A DNA stretch of 64,000 nt from Oscillospiraceae bacterium (GTDB lineage Bacteria > Bacillota > Clostridia > Oscillospirales > QAMX01). The DNA is taken from NCBI GenBank assembly GCA_015067715.1, contig SVLY01000006.1, positions 3,679 through 67,678 on the forward strand. The letters are read 5' to 3'. Positions 7,798 to 16,897 of this stretch are shown here, piece after piece. The position numbers and the translations under genes were made by a program. The notes below the pieces were generated by a model that was given only the letters and a program-made list of their open reading frames with translations, did not search any database and was not told where the DNA came from. Numbering within the stretch: the stretch's first letter is position 1; each line of letters starts with the position of its first letter.

Positions 7798-10185
7798 ATG
7801 AACTTCAGAGAGTTTTTGAAAAACAGCATAGTCTGCCTTGACGGAGGCATGGGTACTCTTTTGCAGGCAAAAGGGCTCATGCCCGGTGAGTATCCCGAAA
7901 AATGGAACGTCTCCCACCCCGAGGCGATAACCGGGATACACAGAGCCTATTTCGATGCCGGAAGCAACGTGGTTGCAACCAACACCTTTGGGGCAAACTC
8001 TTTGAAATTCAGCCTTGAGGAGCTTGAAAAAATAATTCCTGCCGCGGTGGAAAACGCCCTTGAGGCAAAGCGTACCTCGGAAAGCAATGGGGAAAAATTC
8101 GTCGCTCTGGACATCGGCCCCACGGGCAGGCTCATAAAGCCCCTGGGAGATCTGGATTTCGAGGCCGCCGTTGAGGCTTTTGCCGCCACGGTGCGCATTG
8201 GCGCGGCCTGCGGCGTGGATCTTGTTATCGTCGAGACAATGAACGACTGCCTTGAGACCAAGGCGGCCTTGCTGGCTGTGAAGGAAAACAGCGACCTGCC
8301 TGTCATCGTCACCAACGCCTACGGGGCGGACGGAAAGCTTATGACCGGGGCAACGCCCTCTGCCATGGTCGCCATGCTTGAGGGCATGGGCGCGGACGCT
8401 CTGGGTGCAAACTGCTCTCTGGGGCCGGACAAGCTCCGGGGAGTTGCGCTGGAGCTCGTCTCCCGGGCAAGCGTTCCCGTGGTGTTAAAGCCCAACGCGG
8501 GTCTTCCCAGAAGCGAGAACGGCAGGACCGTTTTCGATATTGCTCCCGCAGACTTTGCAGACGAGGTGGCAGACCTTGTGGAAAAGGGCGTGCGCGTGGT
8601 GGGCGGCTGCTGCGGCACCACTCCGGAATATATCCGCGAGCTTTCCCGCCGGATAAAAAGCCTTGCTCCCGTTCCGGTCACGGACAGGGATCTGACCGTG
8701 GTCTCTTCCTACACCCACGCCGTGACCTTCGGTTCGTCCCCTGTGCTTATCGGAGAACGCATTAACCCCACGGGTAAAAAACGCTTCAAACAGGCCCTTG
8801 TTGAAAACGACATGGACTATATCTTAAACGAGGGCGCCTCCCAGGAGGAAAAAGGCGTTCACGTTCTGGACGTTAACGTGGGTCTGCCGGGCATAGACGA
8901 AAAGGCCATGCTCACCTCTGCCGTGTTCGAGCTTCAGACGGTCACCGACCTGCCCCTTCAGATAGACACCGCAAACTTTGACGCCATGGAGGCCGCCCTG
9001 CGCATTTACAACGGCAAGGCCATGGTGAACTCCGTCAACGGCAAGGAAGAGAGCATGAGCGCCGTCTTCCCCCTGGTGAAAAAATACGGCGGGCTGGTGG
9101 TCGCTCTCACTCTGGACGAGAGCGGTATTCCCTCCACTGCCGAGGGACGCTTTGCCATTGCGAAGAAGATCCTTGCAACCGCAGAAAAATACGGTATTGC
9201 CAAAAAAGACATTATCTTCGACACCCTTGCCATGACCGTCAGCGCAGACAGCTCTGCCGCAGGCGTGACTCTTTCGGCAATGAAAATGATCGGTGAGCGC
9301 CTTGGGTGCAAAACCTCTCTTGGAGTGTCCAACGTGTCCTTTGGACTGCCAAACCGGGACGCGGTCAACGCTACCTTCTTTGCCCTTGCCCTGGAAAACG
9401 GAATGTCCGCCGCAATAATGAACCCCTATTCTCCGGATATGATGCGAACCTATTACACCTTCCGGGCGCTGAAGGGCATGGACGAAAACTGCGCTGAGTA
9501 CATCTCCGTTGCGGACAGCTTCGTCTCTGCTCCCGTTCAAAAGACCGCTTCCGAAAGCCCGGCAGAGGAGTTTTCCTCCGGCCTTCAGCGGGCGGTGGTA
9601 AAGGGCATGAAGGACCGCGCCGCAGAGCTCACGGGAGAGCTTCTTTCCCATAGGGCACCTCTGGACATTGTGAACGGCGAGATAATTCCGGCCCTTGACC
9701 GGGTTGGGGCGGGCTTTGAAAACAAGACCGTCTATCTGCCCCAGCTTCTCATGGCCGCCGAGGCCGCAAAAGCCGCCTTTGAGCGCATAAAGGCCGCAAT
9801 GAGCGCCTCCGCCTCCGGTAAGGGGAAAATAGTTATCGCCACGGTAAAGGGCGATATACACGATATCGGAAAAAATATCGTTAAGCTTCTGCTGGAAAAC
9901 TACGGCTTTGATGTCACGGATCTTGGCCGGGACGTTCCGCCCGAGGCGGTTATTGCCGCCGCAGAGAAAACGGGAGCAAAGCTCGTGGGGCTTTCCGCTC
10001 TTATGACCACCACAGTTCCCGCCATGGAGGAGACAATAAAGCTTCTCCACGAAAAGCTCCCCGGAGTTTTGGTGGTGGTTGGAGGCGCTGTGCTCACAGA
10101 GGACTACGCCGCCCAAATAGGCGCGGACAAATACGCCCGTGACGCCATGGAGACCGTGAGATACGCCGAGAGCATTTTCGGCTGA
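7798..10185 (+). CDS. metH: Cobalamin-dependent methionine synthase (Hcy-, folate- and B12-binding domains)
   Basis: LDGGMGT, GGCCGT, IGERINPTG and GDIHDIGKN (DxHxxG) motifs. Confidence 0.92.
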   Translation: MNFREFLKNSIVCLDGGMGTLLQAKGLMPGEYPEKWNVSHPEAITGIHRAYFDAGSNVVATNTFGANSLKFSLEELEKIIPAAVENALEAKRTSESNGEKFVALDIGPTGRLIKPLGDLDFEAAVEAFAATVRIGAACGVDLVIVETMNDCLETKAALLAVKENSDLPVIVTNAYGADGKLMTGATPSAMVAMLEGMGADALGANCSLGPDKLRGVALELVSRASVPVVLKPNAGLPRSENGRTVFDIAPADFADEVADLVEKGVRVVGGCCGTTPEYIRELSRRIKSLAPVPVTDRDLTVVSSYTHAVTFGSSPVLIGERINPTGKKRFKQALVENDMDYILNEGASQEEKGVHVLDVNVGLPGIDEKAMLTSAVFELQTVTDLPLQIDTANFDAMEAALRIYNGKAMVNSVNGKEESMSAVFPLVKKYGGLVVALTLDESGIPSTAEGRFAIAKKILATAEKYGIAKKDIIFDTLAMTVSADSSAAGVTLSAMKMIGERLGCKTSLGVSNVSFGLPNRDAVNATFFALALENGMSAAIMNPYSPDMMRTYYTFRALKGMDENCAEYISVADSFVSAPVQKTASESPAEEFSSGLQRAVVKGMKDRAAELTGELLSHRAPLDIVNGEIIPALDRVGAGFENKTVYLPQLLMAAEAAKAAFERIKAAMSASASGKGKIVIATVKGDIHDIGKNIVKLLLENYGFDVTDLGRDVPPEAVIAAAEKTGAKLVGLSALMTTTVPAMEETIKLLHEKLPGVLVVVGGAVLTEDYAAQIGADKYARDAMETVRYAESIFG

Positions 10186-10199
10186 AAACACAAAAAAAT

Positions 10200-10239
10200 A
10201 AAGATGCTGAAGGTGGAAAAAACTTCAGCATCTTTTTTT
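10200..10239. terminator. Bidirectional terminator between metH and murA
   Basis: aaagatgctgaag...cttcagcatcttt with A and T tracts. Confidence 0.8.
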
Positions 10240-10253
10240 ATTGGTTTGTTTTT

Positions 10254-11546
10254 TCAGCCGACCTCGGCGGCGTCGGTATCGTCCGGGATCTCGACCTTGG
10301 TAATGTCCGCGCCGATCCGGCGGAATTTTTCGACGATATCCTGATATCCGCGCTCGATATGGCTGATATTGTCGATCTCGGTGCGGCCCCTGGCGCAGAG
10401 ACCGGCAATTATCATGGCAACGCCGGCGCGAAGGTCACAGGCGGAAATGTTTGCGCCGGTGAGCTCGTTAACACAGCGAATGATGGCGGTCTTGCCGTCC
10501 ACGGTGATGTCCGCGCCCATGCGGCGAAGCTCGTCCACGTAGCGGAAGCGGTTATCGTAGACCCCGTCGGTGAGAATGCTGGTGCCCTCGGCAATGCAGA
10601 GACAGCTTGCTATCTGAGGCTGCATATCGGTGGGGTAACCGGGGTAGGGCAGAGCGGTAACGTGGGTAGCGCGAAGCTTTCTGTCAAGGGGACGGGTGAC
10701 GCGGATGTATTCGTCGCCCTCAGAGAAGTCAACGCCAAGTTCGGCAAATTTGGTGGTTATGCATTCAAGGTGCTTGGGAATGATGTTGTTGATAATAACG
10801 TCACCGCCGGTGGCGGCAACTGCGGCAATAAAGGTGCCGGCTTCGATCTGGTCGGGGATTATGGAGTAGGTTCCGCCGTGGAGCTTTCTGCCGCGGATCT
10901 TGATAAGGTCGGTGCCTGCTCCGCGAATGTCCGCGCCCATGGAGTTTAAGAAGTTTGCAACGTCCACGATGTGGGGCTCTTTGTTGGCGTTTTCGATAAC
11001 GGTCTGACCGGGGGCGCAGGCGGCGGCGATCATAACGTTGATGGTGGCGCCGACGGTGCGCTTGTCAAAATAAACGTGACCGGAGCGGATACCGTCCTCG
11101 GTGGTGGCGATTATTGAGCCGTTTTTAACGGAGACCTCAGCGCCCAGAGCCCGGAAGCCCTTAATGTGCTGGTCAATGGGTCTTTCGCCAAAGTCACAGC
11201 CGCCGGGAAGTCCGGCTTCTGCCCAGCCAAAGCGGCCGAGCATTGCGCCCACAAGGTAGTATGAAGCGCGCATTTTGCGCATAAGCTCACAGGGGGGAGC
11301 GATCTTCTGAATATTGGTGGAGTCTATTTCGACCTCGTAATCCCCAAGGCGGCGGACGACGGCGCCCATATGCTGGAGAATTGAGAGCCAGAGGTTAACG
11401 TCGCTGATGTTGGGCACGTTGTCGATGCGGCAAACGCCGTGGACAAGAAGTGCCGCAGGAAGAATGGCGACGGCGGCGTTTTTAGCGCCGGAAATGTCCA
11501 CGCGGCCATTCAGCGGGTTCCCTCCGTTAATGATATATTTATTCAA
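10254..11546 (-). CDS. murA: UDP-N-acetylglucosamine 1-carboxyvinyltransferase
   Basis: GAKNAAV, RASYY, LPGGCDFGERPIDQH and DLRAG motifs. Confidence 0.95.
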   Translation of the reverse strand: MNKYIINGGNPLNGRVDISGAKNAAVAILPAALLVHGVCRIDNVPNISDVNLWLSILQHMGAVVRRLGDYEVEIDSTNIQKIAPPCELMRKMRASYYLVGAMLGRFGWAEAGLPGGCDFGERPIDQHIKGFRALGAEVSVKNGSIIATTEDGIRSGHVYFDKRTVGATINVMIAAACAPGQTVIENANKEPHIVDVANFLNSMGADIRGAGTDLIKIRGRKLHGGTYSIIPDQIEAGTFIAAVAATGGDVIINNIIPKHLECITTKFAELGVDFSEGDEYIRVTRPLDRKLRATHVTALPYPGYPTDMQPQIASCLCIAEGTSILTDGVYDNRFRYVDELRRMGADITVDGKTAIIRCVNELTGANISACDLRAGVAMIIAGLCARGRTEIDNISHIERGYQDIVEKFRRIGADITKVEIPDDTDAAEVG

Positions 11547-11633
11547 CGGTTTTCCCTTCTTTCGGAAGTTGTTCTGTTACCGTTCGTATCCTTAAATGTT
11601 ACGAAAGTGTTACGGCCATATCACGCCGTGTAG

Positions 11634-11662
11634 ATTATACCATCTGATTTGGTTCTTGTCAA
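11634..11662 (-). promoter_or_regulatory. Sigma-A promoter of murA
   Basis: Minus strand TTGACA, 17 nt, TATAAT with extended TG. Confidence 0.8.
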
Positions 11663-11772
11663 TAGACCTGAGAATTATTTTGATTTTGTTCCGATATTTT
11701 CCCCTGCGTACTGGACAAACGGCAAAAAAAAGTGTATCATTATAGTACCCTTTTTTCGGAGGAAGATACACC

Positions 11773-12351
11773 GTGAAAAATAAAGGTACAAAGACGTCCC
11801 TGTGGACGCTGTTCATAACCTTTTTCAAGCTCTCGGCATTTACATTTGGGGGCGGATACGCCATGCTTCCCCTTTTGCACGAGGACTGTGTTGAGCGCAA
11901 AAAGTGGATAACCGACGAGGAAATGCTGGATATGCTGGCAATTTCCGAGTCCACCCCCGGCCCCTTCGTTGTAAACGCGGCCACCTTCGTGGGCTACCAC
12001 CAGGCCGGCGTTCTTGGGGCGGCGGCATCTACCTTTGGCGTGGCTCTTCCCTCGTACATTGCCATTATGATCATTTCCGTGCTGTTCACCCTTTTCCGGG
12101 ACAACGTCTGGGTGGACGCGGCCTTCCGGGGCATCCGGGCGGCGGTGGTTGTGCTTATTATCAACGCCGTTGTAAAGCTCTCAAAAAAGCTGAAATGGAA
12201 CGTTCTCTGGATAGCCGTTGCCCTTGGCGCATTTTGCGTGAGCCTGTTTTTGGACATCAACATCATCTTCGCCCTCATCGCCGCCGGTATCGTGGGCGTC
12301 GTGTGGACGGTCATTTCCGGCCGCCGCATGAACAAAAAGGCGGGAAAGTAA
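11773..12351 (+). CDS. Short-chain chromate transporter (CHR family)
   Basis: FTFGGGYAM and SESTPGP motifs. GTG start after GGAGG. Confidence 0.88.
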   Translation: MKNKGTKTSLWTLFITFFKLSAFTFGGGYAMLPLLHEDCVERKKWITDEEMLDMLAISESTPGPFVVNAATFVGYHQAGVLGAAASTFGVALPSYIAIMIISVLFTLFRDNVWVDAAFRGIRAAVVVLIINAVVKLSKKLKWNVLWIAVALGAFCVSLFLDINIIFALIAAGIVGVVWTVISGRRMNKKAGK

Positions 12352-12415
12352 ATAGCAGTATTTCAAGTAGATAAAACCCCGGAGGAAAGTGTAGTGCTCT
12401 TAACGGAGAAATTAT

Positions 12416-12450
12416 AAAAAACTGACAGGTCAAACCGACCTGCCAGTTTT
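12416..12450. terminator. Terminator-like hairpin inside the left end of the island
   Basis: aaaaactgacaggtc-aaacc-gacctgccagttttt. Confidence 0.65.
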
Positions 12451-12531
12451 TGCTTATTGGTGGGGTCTGGGCAACTGCCCGGTTAACCGCATCCGGTGGA
12501 CAGCCGGACGCTCTGCTTGCCATGCGCGCTA

Positions 12532-12563
12532 ATCGTAGGGCGGGGGCTTGCTCCCGCCGAAAT
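12532..12563 (+). repeat. GTAG-type REP, extragenic copy
   Basis: atcgtagggcgggggcttgctcccgccgaaat is the exact reverse complement of 13724-13755. Confidence 0.85.
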
Positions 12564-12580
12564 CCAACAGACTGTGAATG

Positions 12581-12609
12581 TTGATAATTGATTGTATCTG
12601 TGATATAAT
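12581..12609 (+). promoter_or_regulatory. Sigma-A promoter of the cargo gene
   Basis: TTGATA, 17 nt, TATAAT with extended TG. Confidence 0.65.
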
Positions 12610-12646
12610 CAATTCAAGAAAATTGACTTTGATAAGGTAAAAGAGT

Positions 12647-13264
12647 ATGAATGGAAGACATTTATTTCTTACATCTAGCGGGTTATCATGTGAAATGAAG
12701 AAGATGTTTTTTGATATTATCGGAAAGCGTCCCGAAGATGTAAAAGTGCTTTGCATCCCTACGGCTGGAATCGAAACAGATGGAGCCAGAGAAGGAATAG
12801 CAGTATGTTTACACGAGCTTTCGTTAATGGGGATTCATTATGAAAATATATTAGTATATAATCTGGAATTATTACTTTCAAAAGATTACAAGAGAACATA
12901 TTCGGCATATATTAAAGACCCTTTTCCGATCACCAGACTGTTGACTGTTGAGGAAATAGGGGCGTTTGATGCTGTTTTTGTCAGTGGTGGTGATAGTTCT
13001 ATACTGTGTCGTGAAATGGTACGCACAGGATTCGACGAAGTGATTGCAAAGGCAATTACGAATGGTCTTGTGTATGTTGGCATCAGTGCAGGAAGTATGT
13101 ATGCGGCAGGAAACTTAGACGAAGGATTACATATTATTGATAATCCGATAATTCCCCATTGGAATGGTACAAAAACATTTGAATTGCCATATGATAGAGA
13201 CGAGGTTAAGCTTATTGATGGACAAGCAGTTTATATTGAAGATGATTATATTGGTCTAATGTAA
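12647..13264 (+). CDS. Peptidase S51 / class I glutamine amidotransferase-like protein
   Basis: LFLTSSG, IPTA, FVSGGD, YVGISAGS (nucleophile elbow) and IIPHW motifs. Clearly AT-richer than the flanking genes. Confidence 0.8.
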   Translation: MNGRHLFLTSSGLSCEMKKMFFDIIGKRPEDVKVLCIPTAGIETDGAREGIAVCLHELSLMGIHYENILVYNLELLLSKDYKRTYSAYIKDPFPITRLLTVEEIGAFDAVFVSGGDSSILCREMVRTGFDEVIAKAITNGLVYVGISAGSMYAAGNLDEGLHIIDNPIIPHWNGTKTFELPYDRDEVKLIDGQAVYIEDDYIGLM

Positions 13265-13371
13265 ATGAAAAGAATTACCAAATCCAACATACCGAATAGT
13301 TTACCGTAGCATCCGTTGTGCTTGCTGCGGTTGCTAACTAAGAGAAAGCGGCGGGATCACGCCTACTTCTC

Positions 13372-13872
13372 TTATTCTTTTGAATATAGCTTGTCCAATT
13401 CCCATTGCTTTGGGTTATTCGCAATATATTCCGCAATCTCATGATAGTCTTCGCGACCGCGAATCACATGCTCATAAAACGAATTTTGAAACAGCTTATC
13501 AATAGGCTGCACCTTTTTACACTGTCTGGTTGTAAGAGATTTATACGCACAAACGATATCCATGATCTTAGGGCGGGGGCTTGCTCCCGCCGTTTCCTCC
13601 AACAATAGGATCGCATGAATATGGTTGGGCATGATCACATATTGGTCAACTTTCAGCGAAGGATATCTTTGCTCCAGCAATACCAACTGCTCCTGCGCAA
13701 TTTGACCGTATGCGGTATATTGAATTTCGGCGGGAGCAAGCCCCCGCCCTACGATACGGGATAACAGGCACCGTCTGCTTTGGGTGCAGATGGTAATAAA
13801 ATACGCACCGGCGGTGCTGTAATCATAGTGATCCAGGCGAGGGTGTTTTCTTTTCGGTAAGTTATTCTCCAT
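13372..13872 (-). CDS. REP-associated tyrosine transposase (RAYT, Y1/HUH superfamily)
   Basis: RKHPRL, YFITICT, IMPNHIH (HUH), FQNSFYEHVIR and YIANNP (catalytic Tyr). ATG at 13872. Confidence 0.88.
   Translation of the reverse strand: MENNLPKRKHPRLDHYDYSTAGAYFITICTQSRRCLLSRIVGRGLAPAEIQYTAYGQIAQEQLVLLEQRYPSLKVDQYVIMPNHIHAILLLEETAGASPRPKIMDIVCAYKSLTTRQCKKVQPIDKLFQNSFYEHVIRGREDYHEIAEYIANNPKQWELDKLYSKE
13569..13592 (+). repeat. REP copy inside the RAYT ORF
   Basis: tagggcgggggcttgctcccgccg; encodes AGASPRP on the minus strand. Confidence 0.85.
13724..13755 (-). repeat. REP copy inside the RAYT ORF, inverted relative to 13569-13592
   Basis: 32/32 identity to the extragenic REP; encodes IVGRGLAPAEI. 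Confidence 0.85.
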
Positions 13873-13968
13873 AAATATCACCAAGGCTATTATATAGCAA
13901 GATCCGCAGTTCACAATGCCGACTGCGGATTTTTCCATTAAGAACACGAAGTAAAACTCCGGGGTTTT

Positions 13969-14667
13969 TTATCTTATTGTATAGCCGTTCAGTTTCTTTC
14001 TCCGCTCCCGCCAGTCGGGGATGTATTTTTCGACCTCGGCGTGGAAGCTTTTTGAGTGGTTTGGATGGAGGAAATGGCAGAACTCGTGGACGATAACGTA
14101 TTCTGCGCACTCTGTTGGCACGGAGATAAGAGCCGTGTTCAGGGTGACGGTGTTTTTCGAGGGCATACAGCTTCCCCAACGGGAGGTCATCTTTTTGAAC
14201 CGGAGCTCCGGAAAGGGGAATAAACCGTTGAAAAGGGGGTATAGCCCAAGGCAGAGCCCGGTGAGCTCAAGCCTGCACTGTCCCGAAAGCCAGCTCTCCG
14301 CCGCGCATCTTACTGCCGCGGCAGAGCCGAATTCCGGCAGACCCAGCCAAAGCACGTCTCCGGAGAGTGAAAAAACGGGTCGCTCAGACCAGTGCGGATC
14401 AAGGGTTAGCTCACGGCCGTGGTAGAAAAGCTTTTCGGATACGGGGGCAGGGGAGCTTTGACCAAGTCGCAAAAGGGCGTTGCGGACGAAGTCCGACCTC
14501 TGTAAAAGCACGGCTCTGGCCTCGAAAAAGCTCATCCATGACGGATATGAAACGCATACGCGTCCGTCTTGACGGACGCGTATGTTTATGTTTTTCACTT
14601 TTTTGGGGGTGAATTCGCAGGCCGCAGAGATATCTCCAAAGCTTACCGTTTCGGTACGGGCGGTCAT
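13969..14667 (-). CDS. YgjP/DUF45 (SprT-like) zinc metallopeptidase
   Basis: KNINIRV, MTSRWGSC and YVIVHEFCH...NHS motifs. Confidence 0.85.
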   Translation of the reverse strand: MTARTETVSFGDISAACEFTPKKVKNINIRVRQDGRVCVSYPSWMSFFEARAVLLQRSDFVRNALLRLGQSSPAPVSEKLFYHGRELTLDPHWSERPVFSLSGDVLWLGLPEFGSAAAVRCAAESWLSGQCRLELTGLCLGLYPLFNGLFPFPELRFKKMTSRWGSCMPSKNTVTLNTALISVPTECAEYVIVHEFCHFLHPNHSKSFHAEVEKYIPDWRERRKKLNGYTIR

Positions 14668-16370
14668 AAGAGCTCCTCTGTGCGGCGGGCGGCGGAGGCG
14701 AGCTGTTCGGCGGCGGCGGCACGGATGGCCTCGGAAAAGCCCTCGCCGGCGTTGATGCGGGCGATCTCGGAGATTCGCCCTTCCCGGTCAAGCTCAGTGA
14801 CCTCGGTGACGGTACGGTCACCGACCGCACCCTTGCGGATGAGGAAGTGGGCAGATGCAGATGCCGCAAGCTGGCTCAAATGGGTAACGCAGAGCACCTG
14901 AGTATCCCGGGAGAGACGGGCGAGCCTGTCTGCCACGCGGGAGGCGGCAATACCGCTTATGCCGGTGTCGATCTCGTCGAAAATGAGTGTGCCCGGGGAG
15001 TTGTCCTCAGAGCCCCCTGCAGTGCAAAGTGCGAGCATGACCCGGGAAAGCTCACCGCCGGAGGCGCTTCGGGCAAGAGGCCGGAAGCCCTCGCCCCGGT
15101 TTGCGGCAAGGAAAAACTCCGCAACGTCGATACCGTCGTTGCCGAAGATGACCCGTCCGTCCCTCTGACGGGGGTCAAGCTGTACCCGGAACTTTGCCCC
15201 TGCCATGCAGAGGTATTCAAGCTCTCCGCAAACTGCGGCCTCAAGCTTTTTTGCGGCAGAGGCCCGGTTGGCGGACAGGTTCTTTGCGGCGGCAAGTGTG
15301 ATTTCGTACTGGGTGCGGTATTCCTCTTCAAGGGCTTTGGCCGCATCCTCGTAGTTTTCAAGGGAGGCAAGCTCGTCTTTTGCCCTGTCCAGATATTCAA
15401 TGGCAGACTCAATAGATCCGCCGTATTTTTTGCGGATGGAAGAAAGGGCGGCAAGACGGTCTTCGATGCGGTCTATGTCCCTTTCGGAGAAGTTCAGATT
15501 TTCAAGGGCGATGTCCACCCTTTCGGCGCAGTCCCGGACGGTCAGAGCGGCCTCCTCCAAAGCGGCGGCCGCGGCGGCCATCTCTTCGCCCAAAGCGTCG
15601 CCAACGGTGCGGACGAAGCCTGCGGCAGAGGCGAGCCTTTCGGAAACGGAGTTTTCCTCGTCCCCCAGCTCTCCTGCGGCGCATTTCAGTGCAGAGGCCA
15701 GCTTTTCGGAGTCCCGCATGAGCTTGCGGGATTTTTCCAGCTCCTCAAGCTCTCCGGGCATGAGTGCGGCGCTTTCCAGCTCGTTTATCTGAAATTCAAG
15801 TATGGAGGCTCTTCTCTCCCGCTCGCCTGCGTCCGAAAGCACGGCCTTCTGGCGCTTGCGGATGTCCTTGAGCTTTGCAAGCTCGGCGGAATAGGCGGAT
15901 TTCAGGTCTGTGTTTGCGGCGAAGCCGTCCAGAATGCCGATGTGAACGGCGGGGTCCAAAAGCACCCGGCTGTCGTGCTGGCCGTGGATGCTCACAAGAC
16001 AGGCGCCAAGCTCCTTGAGGGTTGCAAGCGAGATCGGCGAGCCGTTTGCCCGGCAGACGTTGCGCCCGTCGGCGTAGAGCCGCCGCTCCAGCGAAAGAGT
16101 GCCGTCCGGCGAGAGCTCGGCTCCGGCTTCGGCCAGTATCTTTTCCGCCTTTTCACCGGGAGCGGTGAACCAGCCGGAGACCGCGGCAAAACGCTCCCCC
16201 GACCGGATAAGGTCGCGGGAGGTGCGTTCGCCAAGCAACGCTCCGATGGAGTCGATTATAATTGACTTACCGGCGCCGGTCTCGCCCGTGAGCACGTTAA
16301 AGCCCTCGCGAAAGTCCACGTCGGTCTTTTGAATTACTGCTATGTTTTCAATGTGAAGAAGTCCGAGCAA
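14664..16370 (-). CDS. recN: DNA repair protein RecN
   Basis: TGETGAGKS Walker A, ASGGELSR, IFDEID and VTHL motifs. Confidence 0.95.
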   Translation of the reverse strand: MLGLLHIENIAVIQKTDVDFREGFNVLTGETGAGKSIIIDSIGALLGERTSRDLIRSGERFAAVSGWFTAPGEKAEKILAEAGAELSPDGTLSLERRLYADGRNVCRANGSPISLATLKELGACLVSIHGQHDSRVLLDPAVHIGILDGFAANTDLKSAYSAELAKLKDIRKRQKAVLSDAGERERRASILEFQINELESAALMPGELEELEKSRKLMRDSEKLASALKCAAGELGDEENSVSERLASAAGFVRTVGDALGEEMAAAAAALEEAALTVRDCAERVDIALENLNFSERDIDRIEDRLAALSSIRKKYGGSIESAIEYLDRAKDELASLENYEDAAKALEEEYRTQYEITLAAAKNLSANRASAAKKLEAAVCGELEYLCMAGAKFRVQLDPRQRDGRVIFGNDGIDVAEFFLAANRGEGFRPLARSASGGELSRVMLALCTAGGSEDNSPGTLIFDEIDTGISGIAASRVADRLARLSRDTQVLCVTHLSQLAASASAHFLIRKGAVGDRTVTEVTELDREGRISEIARINAGEGFSEAIRAAAAEQLASAARRTEELL

Positions 16371-16394
16371 GGTCTTTTTCCCCCGTGGGCAAAA

Positions 16395-16847
16395 TTACTT
16401 GAGCATTTTTTTGATCTCTTCGCAAAGCTGAGCCGCCCGCTCCTGGTCGCGGATGACGAAAAAGATGGTATCGTCTCCCGCAAGTGAGCCAACGACGTGG
16501 TTCATGTTCATGGCCTCAACGGCAATGGCAGAGGCGTTTGCAACGCCGGGAAGGGTCTTGATAACCAGCAGGTTTCCGGCGTAGTCCACGTTGACAACGC
16601 TCTCCCGGAAGATGTTGCGGAAGCGTGAGGTGGTGTCCCCCACAACGTCGCCGGAGGCGGTGGCATAGCGGTATTTTCCGGTCTGGTCAAGTACCTTGAT
16701 AATGCGGAGCTCTTTTATATCGCGGGAGACGGTGGCCTGGGTAACGTCAAAGCCCGCGGCGCGAAGTCTGTCTGAAAGCTCCTTCTGGGTCTCGATGGGG
16801 TGATCTTCAATAAGCTTGAGGATCAGGTTTTGGCGCTGAAACTTCAT
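16395..16847 (-). CDS. argR: Arginine repressor
   Basis: VTQATVSRDIKEL and GSLAGDDT motifs. Confidence 0.95.
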   Translation of the reverse strand: MKFQRQNLILKLIEDHPIETQKELSDRLRAAGFDVTQATVSRDIKELRIIKVLDQTGKYRYATASGDVVGDTTSRFRNIFRESVVNVDYAGNLLVIKTLPGVANASAIAVEAMNMNHVVGSLAGDDTIFFVIRDQERAAQLCEEIKKMLK

Positions 16848-16897
16848 TTTGGGTCTATCCTCCTGCCCCAGGGGGGCATAATGTTCTGTGTTGCGGG

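Larger units (their letters stand above)
12394..13947. mobile_element. Lower-GC island bounded by imperfect 19-bp inverted repeats; carries RAYT, REPs and a peptidase cargo gene
   Basis: gtgctcttaacggagaaat 12394-12412 vs reverse complement of 13929-13947 (gtgttcttaatggaaaaat), 16/19 identical. Flanked by the two arms of a split hairpin. Confidence 0.65.

Noticed and set aside
13372-13872. IS200/IS605 TnpA with TnpB
   Set aside because: No tnpB is present; motifs and associated GTAG REPs fit RAYT better.
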